Shown piece by piece: positions 10,361 through 19,828 of a stretch of 64,000 bases of DNA; the stretch's first letter is position 1, and every line of letters begins with the position of its first letter. The DNA is taken from NCBI GenBank assembly GCA_051546255.1, contig CP128817.1, forward strand, positions 124,001 through 188,000, given 5' to 3'. Source of the stretch: Meyerozyma guilliermondii. Its lineage: Eukaryota. A program made the translations under genes and the position numbers. The notes below the pieces were generated by a model. That model saw nothing but the letters and a program-made list of their open reading frames with translations, was not told where the DNA came from and ran no database searches.

Positions 10361-10403
10361 TCACTTTCAGTCTCTCACTTTCAGTCTCACTTTCAGTCTC
10401 AGT
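10361..10403. repeat. Short tandem repeat (TCACTTTCAGTC) x about 3
   Basis: Direct inspection. Confidence 0.75.
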
Positions 10404-10477
10404 TTTTTTCGTCGTTTCACGACCTATAAAAGCGCGAGTTTTTTTCTTCTCTTCATCAATTTGATTACCAACGAAAC

Positions 10478-10730
10478 CAACCAAATCAAACGTCCACCGT
10501 AGTTCGTGGATACTTGTATTCACATCAGATGGTGTTCTCGTTCTGAGTCCATTGTCTGGTGAGATCTATGTTTTTTGGAACTGCTTCTGTTTTCAGATTT
10601 TGTAGCTTTTCCTCGCGGTTTGTTAGGGCGCTTGTTTGCCATGGTTCCCATAAAAACTGCCCGGTTTATCGTACTTATTCTGGAGTGATCCGCCATAGAA
10701 TAGGTTCTTCATGCCCGGGCCATATCTGTA
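10478..10730 (+). ncRNA. Candidate structured ncRNA (H/ACA-like)
   Basis: TATAAAA at 10426; several stems; ANANNA (ATAAAA, 10650) between two stems; hairpin with internal pocket at 10659-10720; no convincing ORF; no target identified. Confidence 0.3.
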
Positions 10731-11241
10731 CAAAGTGCTACATAAGTGCTGACTGTCTATTGAGTGTCTGCTTAGCTCTCGATGAGCAAGCGACTTTTTC
10801 TTATTTTACATGCTTACTTCTCTACTGTCTACTCTAGGTTAGTTTTCTGTTCTTTCCTTGCTTTACTTAGCTATTTTTGTCTTGCTTACTTCCATGTTTT
10901 CATTTCTGGCTTTTCCCCATATTCGTCTCGGATCGCGATCCACGCGTATTCTTCCGATTGTATTTTGTGGTTATTGTCATTTCTCCACCACGTTGTTTCC
11001 GAGTCCCATATCTCGCCCATCGGTCTATCCACTGCCTGAGAGCCTATTGAAGTACTATAAACTCCTGGGCGCTGTTAGTTGCAACTATACAAACGATTTG
11101 TGTTTCTTGGTCATATATTTCGTTGATATAATTGAAAGACAATTTTACAAAAACGTCACAAATTCCTGACCATATTCATTGACTTATTGACTCATTCCGC
11201 TAAGTTTTGACTTTTGTTTACTTGCTTAATAATCCCTTGCA

Positions 11242-12588
11242 ATGAAAAAGCGGTTCCAAGAATGGTTCTATACCCTTCTGACCAACGACAAGTACTCCGA
11301 CTTTGACTCCCGCAAGTCTTTCAACCGTGTCTACAATTCGTCTTCTGACGTCCTTTTCCACCAAACAAATGGCAGTTCTGCGAGTCTAATGGCTCCCGAA
11401 AGAGATTCTACCGACATCGACTTGGCGTCTCGAATGGAAGGTGTTCATGAAGTACGGCTCGCTTGGCGTCACATAAAGAATTGGATTCTGAAAAACTTTC
11501 CTGAAGTCGAGTCTACGTTGCAGAGTCCATGTACAAACTCTGATCTAGCCGAAGTCCAGAAAGATTTGGGCATTATACTTCCAAGTTGCGTTCTGGAGTT
11601 CTATAAACTCACCGATGGACAGGAATTTCTCCAGGGCTCTGTAGGCTTGATTTATGGCCTTCGTCTTCTTCCCATTGACCAGGTGGTGGTGGAAACCGAG
11701 AACTGGAGAAAGGTAGTACACTCCACACCTCAGCAAGCATCCACCCATCCCCAAAGACGAACATTGCTGCAATTGGGTAAAGCCCAAGTCTCGGAATCGG
11801 ATCTCACGTCGCATTCGTCTTCTTCTGTTGATTTGTTCGAATCGACATCAAAACCTGATATTCATGATAATTCAAGAACCGCCTCAGACACTTCGTCTTT
11901 TTCTCATTCCTTCATACCCAGACAACGTTCAATCCCTCCGGGTGCCATCCACGAGTCATACGCCCACGATATGTGGATTCCACTCGTCACTGATGGCGTG
12001 GGAAACTGTATAGGCATAGACTTGTCTCCACCTCCAAACGGACCAGGAGTCGTGGGACAAGTAATACTATTCGGACGTGAGTTCGACACAAAGTACCAGG
12101 TTGCCAAAACTTGGGGTGATTTTCTTTTGATTTTTGCAAATGACTTGGAAAATGGTAATTTTAACTTGAAACAACCTACAGAAGATATGAATTATGGCGA
12201 TATGTTATTTGGAAGCATTGGCGAGCTTGTGTTTTACGATAAGGATACGAAAGAGGAGCTCGACTACTTTGAAGTTCTTAAACGAAGGACGATGAAACAA
12301 TGGCTTTCTTCCATAGATGAGTCCCAGCAATCAGAAACAGTGAAAACCTTAATTAACCAGTTCAGAAGCAAAAAGACAATGCTTGTTCCATTGAGGGAAA
12401 TGTCCGTTGACGATGTGATTCGCAGCAACTTGGCATCGATCGACACTATCAATGAACCATTGAATCTGAAACGCTCAAAGCTCACGGTCAAAACCACCTC
12501 CAAGTCCAGCTCCGAGAACGATAAACCAGATCTCAAAAGCCCGCTTTCGCAAGAAATTGAGTTCGACTTGGCCGATTCCGAATCATGA
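11242..12588 (+). CDS. SMI1: Smi1/Knr4 family cell-wall assembly regulator
   Basis: TTND.YSDFDS-like N-terminus, LAWRHIKNW, DGQE, QRSIPPGAI, WIPLVTD..GNCIGIDLSP, GQVILFGREFDTK; could be the SMI1B-type paralog. Confidence 0.9.
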   Translation: MKKRFQEWFYTLLTNDKYSDFDSRKSFNRVYNSSSDVLFHQTNGSSASLMAPERDSTDIDLASRMEGVHEVRLAWRHIKNWILKNFPEVESTLQSPCTNSDLAEVQKDLGIILPSCVLEFYKLTDGQEFLQGSVGLIYGLRLLPIDQVVVETENWRKVVHSTPQQASTHPQRRTLLQLGKAQVSESDLTSHSSSSVDLFESTSKPDIHDNSRTASDTSSFSHSFIPRQRSIPPGAIHESYAHDMWIPLVTDGVGNCIGIDLSPPPNGPGVVGQVILFGREFDTKYQVAKTWGDFLLIFANDLENGNFNLKQPTEDMNYGDMLFGSIGELVFYDKDTKEELDYFEVLKRRTMKQWLSSIDESQQSETVKTLINQFRSKKTMLVPLREMSVDDVIRSNLASIDTINEPLNLKRSKLTVKTTSKSSSENDKPDLKSPLSQEIEFDLADSES

Positions 12589-12600
12589 TACATAGACAAT

Positions 12601-13965
12601 TCACCAAATTATTCTTTGGATACTCGTTGGCTCACTGAGCCAATAAAATTCGTAGCCAAAGAATACACCCATGGCGAGCACGTTTACTCCATTGAGCCAA
12701 ACAAAATCAAGGACCTGGCGGTAATAGAAGTTTTCGTCTTTGTGCCAAACTAAATTGTCCATCTGAGGGCTGCAATAGATTTTAAACAATACCAACGGAA
12801 CGATGTAATACCTTGGTTCAAAGAGAGGGGACGGTATCACCGTTACACATATTGATACGAAATATGCCACCACCGCAGTCCAGCCCAACGAGGGGTTGTT
12901 TCTCTTGGATCTCAAGGAATCTGCCACTGTCCATGTTGCGAAATGGTAGATAGGAGCCATAAAGTACTTGCTATTTTTGTGCAGAAGAATTCGTCTCCAA
13001 ATGTAGAATGTATAGTGACGATTGTCAGCAAGTAAAAATGGGTGCACCACGGTGAAATTTTCGATTATCTTCGTGATTGCAAACAAGCAGATAGTTGTTA
13101 AAAGCAGATTGAAACCATAATTGTTCAAATAAGAGAACTGCAAGTATCTTTTGAGTTGGCCGCGAGAGAGCCAAATTGGCCAGGTGAAAATTGTGATGAA
13201 AGTGAGGCAATAAAAAACCTGAACTAGATGCAATTGCATCTCGTGGTTCTCCTTGTCGCCGAAAGTGATACCGCCGTTAACAACGAGAAATGCAATGAAG
13301 AAAATGCCGTTGGCTACAAAGGGAAGAATTAGGTGCCAATTCCTAAAACATCCCATGATAAAAAGCTGGATATCTGACATTTGGAACTGGGAGCCGATGT
13401 CTAGCTTCCTTTCCACCAACACCACGGTAATGAAAAAGATCCAAACGATGTTTGTTTGTCGAAACCACAAACTAGCGAATGCTAGTAATCCTCCTAGTAC
13501 ACTATTGGAAATCGTGGGTTGCTGAACAAAGGCTAAAGCTGAGACCAAAAGCACCGTGGACCACACATCTGTGTAGAAGAGAAAGTAATACGTGAACAAC
13601 AATGGCAATGATACGATATTGATGGTCCATCCATTTTTGCTGTTGAGCCATTGCAACATATATGGCATCACAATAGTTCCACCCAATAGGTTCAATGACC
13701 TTAGTACATCATAATCTGAGCAGTAATCTGCGTTTCCGACAATATTCAAGGCTTTGCCGTACAAATAGCCAAGTATATAGAGTCCTGGAGGAGTGGTGAT
13801 TTTGTTATCCCAGTTATAAAAGTCATTATTGCAGTATTTTATGCACTGCCGCAAGTGAAATATCTCATCTATGAATGGAGCCCGTACGTTTTTCTTCACC
13901 AAATGGTATATTACAGCCACAAAAATTCCAAACGCTGCTTGTAGGTGGATCTGTTTTATGGCCAT
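12601..13965 (-). CDS. DIE2: Dol-P-Glc alpha-1,2-glucosyltransferase (ALG10)
   Basis: ATG at 13965; PFIDEIFHLRQC, WDNKITTPPGLY, FRQTNIVW, HPFLLADNRHYTFY, EPRYY, C-terminal QRIIW. Confidence 0.95.
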   Translation of the reverse strand: MAIKQIHLQAAFGIFVAVIYHLVKKNVRAPFIDEIFHLRQCIKYCNNDFYNWDNKITTPPGLYILGYLYGKALNIVGNADYCSDYDVLRSLNLLGGTIVMPYMLQWLNSKNGWTINIVSLPLLFTYYFLFYTDVWSTVLLVSALAFVQQPTISNSVLGGLLAFASLWFRQTNIVWIFFITVVLVERKLDIGSQFQMSDIQLFIMGCFRNWHLILPFVANGIFFIAFLVVNGGITFGDKENHEMQLHLVQVFYCLTFITIFTWPIWLSRGQLKRYLQFSYLNNYGFNLLLTTICLFAITKIIENFTVVHPFLLADNRHYTFYIWRRILLHKNSKYFMAPIYHFATWTVADSLRSKRNNPSLGWTAVVAYFVSICVTVIPSPLFEPRYYIVPLVLFKIYCSPQMDNLVWHKDENFYYRQVLDFVWLNGVNVLAMGVFFGYEFYWLSEPTSIQRIIW

Positions 13966-14251
13966 TGATGAAATTGAGTCGCGCGGAAAAGTAATTTGGT
14001 TTGGCTGAGCGTGGGACGATGTCCATAGTATAACAAAATCATTTTTTGTATTTGAGGTTAATTCAATCACACTTTCAAAATGAGCTCAAAACTGATTCTA
14101 TTCTAGAATGCTCGCTTGTTTTGTTTGTGGCAGCTTTCTTTCTGTGTCGGCTTCTCACCGCTTTCTAATCTTTACTCAGCTTTTGCTCAAATAGCTTTTC
14201 TCAATTGACTTGCTCAATTCTCAACTATCTCTCTAGCTTTCTTCTTGCTCA

Positions 14252-15670
14252 ATGCAGAGATCTTTTGCTGTTGACAACTCTAGGTTTCTTGCTAGTACTC
14301 TGCAACCTGCTACTTTTTACACCAAAGAAATAGAATTGCTTCTTGCTCAAATCCTTGATACTCGACCTACCACACTTAGGGTACGTCGCAGTTCCCGATT
14401 TGGGCTCGTGGATGTATCTGCTCCTTTGTTACTGAGTGCTCCTTTGCACCATCTTGCAGCATATCTCGCTGAAAAAAATGGCTGCGAAAAAAATGAACAT
14501 GTCAAGAAAACTAGCGAAGTCGAAACAGTTCAATATTTTCAAGGCATTGGTTTGGTCGACGACTTCTACTTGAGTCTCGTAAGCTGGAGCAGAAAGTACG
14601 ATCGACGGGCCGTAGCATTGGGCCCCAATCTTTATTTTTGGGGAGGACTGGCCGAAGGCATCGATGAACTCAAATTGGAAAAATATCACCTTGGCCATAT
14701 AACATGCATTTCTTATTCCAGAAGAGATATCCTCTTGGTGTGCACTGCTCGCAGTTATGTCGTGGTGTACTCACAATTACTAAAAAAGATTGTAGCCACC
14801 ACTTGTCTTGCGGGCTCATATATCTGCTGCGCAGAGTGGCTCGGAAACTCCAACATAGTTTTTACTGGCAACGACAAAGGAGTGGTGTGCTGTCTCCAGG
14901 TATCTGAGCGCGAAATTGTGGTGCGCCGGCGGATCCAATTCCACGAGCAGCAAATATGTGGTGAGTATTGAATGGAGCAAAGTGAAAAATGAAACTGAAA
15001 ATTGCGAATTTCGAAAATTTGAAATATTTCACTATTTTGCTTTCTTTTGCTATTCCCCTTTCTCTCTTTCTCTAACACAGGCCTCGCTCTAAACAAGTCA
15101 ATGACTACTCTAGCCATCGGAAGCAACGACAACAAGTGCAGTATATGGGACATCTCCAACTTGGCACTGCCAGTACACCAGTTCACCTTGAACCATTTTG
15201 CAGCCGTGAAAGCTTTGGCGTTCTGTCCTTGGTCCCACGCGCTTCTAGCGACCGGTGGTTGCCGCAAGGATCGCACTATACGTTTTTGGCATACTAAAAG
15301 TGGCACTTTGGTGCGGCAAGTACACACCGATTATCAAATCACTTCACTAATTTGGTGTCGCAGCCGCCGCGAATTTGCAGCCATTTTCGGCGCCGGTGGC
15401 ACCAGGTCCAACACCGATATTCTCCGCATATACACCTACCCGGGACTCAATTGCAAGGGCCAGGCCTCAGCAAAGACCAATCTTCGCTCTGTAAGTTCCG
15501 CAGTTTCTCCCGATGGAAATTCAGTGTGTGCCGCTTTTAGCGACTCTACCATCCGAGGCTATAATCTCTGGAATCCGACCGAAAAGGAACTTGGAGAAGC
15601 TGGGGAATACGGAAGCAGCATCTTGAATGCGGTGGAGAATACTTGGGGGATTAATCCTGGAATTCGATAA
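14252..15670 (+). CDS. AMA1: Meiotic APC/C activator (Cdc20 family); join(14252..14960,15081..15670), 432 aa
   Basis: Splicing restores HEQQICG|LALN; DDFY..LVSWS, HFAAVKALAFCPW...LLATGG, C-terminal IR tail; next to DIE2 and SMI1 as in S. cerevisiae. Confidence 0.88.
14961..15080 (+). other. Spliceosomal intron in AMA1 (120 nt)
   Basis: GTGAGT donor, pyrimidine tract, TCTAAC branch, CAG acceptor; joins two ORFs in frame. Confidence 0.9.
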
Positions 15671-15807
15671 CAACCAAATAGTCCTTGACTGTCGGCTCGG
15701 TTATGACTTGACGGGTTCAGCTGACCTAAGCACAATTCCCCATGACCGGGACTGTATCTAATAATAGCCAAGTATAAATCAATGCGAAGCCACCCTAATT
15801 TCCTCCC

Positions 15808-16725
15808 ATGTCTGCTGCGCTTATAAATCGGTCTCTTACGACGGTTAGAACTGAGCTAGAGTTCCTTCGTGACTCGGAGGTCATCACGGAAGCTTTATAT
15901 GACCGTCTTATAGCTTCGATCCCAACAAAATATGACAAAAATGCTTCTTCCTGGGACGTAGATCGGCTCAGCGTTGGTTCGTCCGGGGATAAACTTGCCG
16001 ATGATTTGTCCAGAGTGTCTATCAATAGCTCAGTTGAGTCCAAGGAGCAAACCGTGGTGCCAAAAAAAAGTGAACCGGCTCCAGTTTCTGCCGATTCGGC
16101 TCCACGCCCGGCACCTAAAGTTGATCCCAAACCTTTGGGATATTGCCGTTCTCTCTACGATTATAACGCCCAGGAGGCTGGCGACTTGGAGTTGAAAAAA
16201 GACGACAAAGTGGCGGTGTTGGAACACCTTTCCGAAGATTGGTGGAAGGGTTACCGGAGTGGCACCAGTCCAGCTGACGCTGGGGTTTTCCCTTCAAACT
16301 ACGTTACGGTGATTTCTCAGCAGGAATTCGAGCTCCAGCGTGGCTCAGCACCGGTCCCACTTCCAGACTCGAAAGATACCTTGAATGACAAAACAACTTA
16401 TAACGACCAATACGCTCCTCCGCAATACTCACCAAACCAGTACGCTCCACCTATGAATCAGCAGCCCTCGTATGGTGGTTATTCGCAATATCCTCCTCCA
16501 CTGACCAATTACTATCCTCCTCCACAACAGCAAATGGTACCAATGGGACAACCAGCGCCTCAACCAGTGGCTCAACCAATGGCCGCCCAAGATCCACAGT
16601 TATACCAACAGCAAAGCGGTGGTTCTCATCCACACTTGAAGAAATTTGGAAGTAAGTTCGGTAATGCCGCTATCTTTGGTGCTGGTGCCACCGTCGGTAG
16701 CAATATAGTGAACTCTATTTTCTGA
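15808..16725 (+). CDS. PIN3: SH3-domain Las17-binding protein (Pin3/Lsb1 family)
   Basis: N-terminal INRSLTTVRTELEFL, SH3 (LYDY...DWWKG...GVFPSNYV), PY/Q-rich region, C-terminal KFGNAAIFGAGATVGSNIVNSIF. Confidence 0.9.
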   Translation: MSAALINRSLTTVRTELEFLRDSEVITEALYDRLIASIPTKYDKNASSWDVDRLSVGSSGDKLADDLSRVSINSSVESKEQTVVPKKSEPAPVSADSAPRPAPKVDPKPLGYCRSLYDYNAQEAGDLELKKDDKVAVLEHLSEDWWKGYRSGTSPADAGVFPSNYVTVISQQEFELQRGSAPVPLPDSKDTLNDKTTYNDQYAPPQYSPNQYAPPMNQQPSYGGYSQYPPPLTNYYPPPQQQMVPMGQPAPQPVAQPMAAQDPQLYQQQSGGSHPHLKKFGSKFGNAAIFGAGATVGSNIVNSIF

Positions 16726-16985
16726 AAGAATAGACTTCTTATTGGTTTTGATTTACAAAGAATATATATGACGTTTGGTTAGGGTCAAGGATGTATTTTT
16801 AAGGTGAAGTTGTATTCCATTTGATAATGTTATCCATTTCTTGCAATGCTATCAATCCTTTATATATGATGATTGTAGCGTCCCAATCAAGGTAATCCTA
16901 ATGTTTAATAACTGAAGTGTACGGATTAGAATATTTGTCGTCTTTCTCAATTCTCTCCAATACGTATGTTCCATTATTTGTCCTC

Positions 16986-17894
16986 CTATTTTCTGCTATC
17001 TACAACGGTGTTTAACAACAACGAGTCATTGTCCAACAAGATTCTGTTGGGAGAGTTGGCCAAAATCTGAGCGATTTCTCGCGCAGTATCCAATCTCTTC
17101 AATTCGACATAATCCTTCGACTTCTTGATCGCCTCACCAATCAACTGCGCAGACTTGGCTTCACCAGTAGCCTTGACCACAAGTTGCTGCTTCTCTTGAA
17201 TAGCCTTGTCCACGATAAACGCAGCTCTCTGAGCATCCTGCTGGGCGATTTGCTTGGCTTCAACTGCCGCACTGAACTCGGGAGAAAATGTCATGAAAGT
17301 GAGCGAAACATCGTCCAACAAAATGTTGAACTTTCCAGCTCTGCGCACCAAGTTTTCCTTGACCAACCGACTGACTTTTTCTCTCTGGGTGATTAATTGC
17401 GATGCATTAAACTGAGCCACCACCGATTTCAACACTTCGTTGACGATCGAGGGCAACACCTTCTCGTCGTAATCTGTGCCCAAAGTACGGTATATCACCG
17501 GTAACTGCATCACTTCGGGGCGGAAAAGAACACGACATGTAATATTTACCATTTGCAAATCTTTGGTTCCGGTAAGCGAAGCAACGTTTCTTGGTTTGGC
17601 ACGAACGTCGTACACAATTGGACGCTGGAACCAAGGCACAACAAAATGAGTTCCCTCAGGGTAGATGGTGGGTTGCACACCGTTCAAACGTGAGTATATT
17701 ATGGCTCTTTGACCACCGTCAACGTTGAATAAGGAATTTTGAGCAACTATAGTGGCACCACCGAGAAGCAAAAGTCCACCGAAACCGGCGAATATTCCAA
17801 AGGGAGAACGGGGATTGCCGCCGCTTGTCTTCCGTGCGGAGTTGGCTCTCCTTCTGAGCTCATTGGAGAGGTTTTTCCAGTTTTGGTCGTTCAT
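16986..17894 (-). CDS. PHB2: Prohibitin 2
   Basis: ATG at 17894; FNVDGGQRAI, KPRNVASLTGTKDLQMVNIT, AQQDAQRAAF. Confidence 0.96.
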   Translation of the reverse strand: MNDQNWKNLSNELRRRANSARKTSGGNPRSPFGIFAGFGGLLLLGGATIVAQNSLFNVDGGQRAIIYSRLNGVQPTIYPEGTHFVVPWFQRPIVYDVRAKPRNVASLTGTKDLQMVNITCRVLFRPEVMQLPVIYRTLGTDYDEKVLPSIVNEVLKSVVAQFNASQLITQREKVSRLVKENLVRRAGKFNILLDDVSLTFMTFSPEFSAAVEAKQIAQQDAQRAAFIVDKAIQEKQQLVVKATGEAKSAQLIGEAIKKSKDYVELKRLDTAREIAQILANSPNRILLDNDSLLLNTVVDSRK

Positions 17895-18002
17895 AGGTGG
17901 CGATGGTTTGTGGGGCAAATTGAATGCGAATTTGATTTTTGTGTGGAAATGTCGCCGCCATACACCCACTGTTAAGAGACCTCAATATCAAATTGACCAA
18001 GT

Positions 18003-19709
18003 TTAACTTGGGACGCCCTCGTATCCATGCTGTTTGTTGTACTCGTTAATAGCTCTTCGCCAGTACCGTTTTCGGTTCGTTTGCACCGGATTGACCCGAA
18101 ATATTTTCTCAATGAAAATGAGAACTACGATCACCAGCGCTACCACGAAACTTGGCGCAATTAGCTCCACGAGCCTTCTACCAGAAACCGTTCTTTGGTA
18201 CGGGCACTGGGCGTATGGTCCTCCAGTAACAAAGCAATTGGCCACGGTTATGTCGTTGAGATCTACCCAAATCGGGTATTTTTCACCACTATTGGCAACT
18301 TCCTGTCGAAGCGAATCAACCTCGATGCTCAGCTGGGGAACATTGAACAGGTATCCTTCGGGACAGTCGCCGTAGTCGTCGGAAAAATATGTGTCGGAAG
18401 AAACTGAGATTTTCCATTCGTTGGGCGAATTGAACTTTTGGCATGCAAACTTGTGTTCCTCATAACAGTTGCTTAAAACAAACCCACTTTCCTGAAGAGT
18501 TACGCATTTGCGGGCCATCTGGTTGTCCGACGACTTATAGTCTCGTTTGTCAAAGGAGGACGTGTTTGCCGTGTGTTGTCGATCATGAGGCTGGCCAGGA
18601 GCCCACGACCAATACGACCGTGGAAAGTAGTAGGTGAGTATATCACTAATATCCGTCGTTGCGGGTTTGTTTGGTATGGAGTACCTCGAGGCATTGAGAA
18701 TGGGCGAGTAGCCGCATGTGACGTACTTGCGAAAACTGCTGGGGGTAAAAGGAACGTTCTCATTATCCACCACAGTCCGAAAGTTTGAATTCAATGAAAG
18801 TTGGTTGAAATCGCTCAATGTTCGTGATCCACAGCGCTCTAGTAGACTCTCGTCGCTGGTGTAGGAGATATCGGCAAAATCTTCATTGAAAAATATAGTA
18901 TTTTCGTCATTGGAACCGAGCGCCGATTTGGGGACCTTATTCTCGGCAACATATGTGATTAATCTCTTGTAATCGTTCAACAAGAACGTTTGCGACAGCG
19001 GAAAGTCGAATGCGGACGTGTTGTAGAAGGCTGAGATACCCGTACCACTTTGGGTTTTCTGATAAGTTGTGAGATCTTGGGGTGTATAAAGCATATCTGA
19101 AACCGATGATAAGCTCGAATTGAGGGTTGAATTGCCATAATTGGAAAACGTGGCATAGTTCTTGAGCTCCTTGGAAGCGATAGTTTTGTTTTTCGACTCG
19201 GAAAAATCAAAATCGTAGAGATTGAACATGATCTGAATCAAGTTGACGGCAATGTTGGTGTTCGTGCTCATGAAATATGACCGAAATTCCTGCATTACCA
19301 GGTCCAACGTGAACGACGGCTGGCAGTGGTAGTCTCTGTTGTTCCACCGAACTGTCCGTGTCTCGTAGGCATTGGTGGATGAGTTTTGGGGAAACGGAGC
19401 GGGACATAATTGCCAGTTACTGGTAGCATTATTGTAGTATAAGTCCAACATCCACGTTTGTAGTCCTCCATCCAATAGCTGCCTGATATAATCAAGTGAG
19501 GATGAATTGTAACCCACTTTTTCAAACAAAACCGTGTTGAGTGAAACACCCATGTTGTTGGTCTGGCCAATGGGAACCAACATAGAAATGTCTCTTTGAG
19601 TCCTTGACGCCACCACGATGGTATTCACCACATCAGACACGTTCAGTGCGGCCTGCACACCGAAAACCAGCCATATGTTACATACAAAACATACGAGAAA
19701 CAAGAGCAT
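18003..19709 (-). CDS. MTC6: Mtc6 family type I membrane glycoprotein
   Basis: Signal peptide, RTQRDIS..VPI.Q, WSWAPGQP, IWVDLNDI...NCFVTGGPYAQCPY, C-terminal TM and YEGVPS end. Confidence 0.82.
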   Translation of the reverse strand: MLLFLVCFVCNIWLVFGVQAALNVSDVVNTIVVASRTQRDISMLVPIGQTNNMGVSLNTVLFEKVGYNSSSLDYIRQLLDGGLQTWMLDLYYNNATSNWQLCPAPFPQNSSTNAYETRTVRWNNRDYHCQPSFTLDLVMQEFRSYFMSTNTNIAVNLIQIMFNLYDFDFSESKNKTIASKELKNYATFSNYGNSTLNSSLSSVSDMLYTPQDLTTYQKTQSGTGISAFYNTSAFDFPLSQTFLLNDYKRLITYVAENKVPKSALGSNDENTIFFNEDFADISYTSDESLLERCGSRTLSDFNQLSLNSNFRTVVDNENVPFTPSSFRKYVTCGYSPILNASRYSIPNKPATTDISDILTYYFPRSYWSWAPGQPHDRQHTANTSSFDKRDYKSSDNQMARKCVTLQESGFVLSNCYEEHKFACQKFNSPNEWKISVSSDTYFSDDYGDCPEGYLFNVPQLSIEVDSLRQEVANSGEKYPIWVDLNDITVANCFVTGGPYAQCPYQRTVSGRRLVELIAPSFVVALVIVVLIFIEKIFRVNPVQTNRKRYWRRAINEYNKQHGYEGVPS

Positions 19710-19828
19710 GCGTGGTGCTGGTGTCGCAGCCTTGCAATTTGTCTCTGTTGATGTTTCCTGCAGACAGGGCCAGCTTGATCTGATTTCGCAGCTTTTCGCA
19801 GCCTTTGTTTGATTTTATATCTACAAAC

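Noticed and set aside
10440..11240. U5 snRNA or telomerase RNA in the RPS0-SMI1 gap
   Set aside because: No U5 loop I (GCCTTTTAC) and no telomere-template-like ACACCAGTAC run seen on either strand
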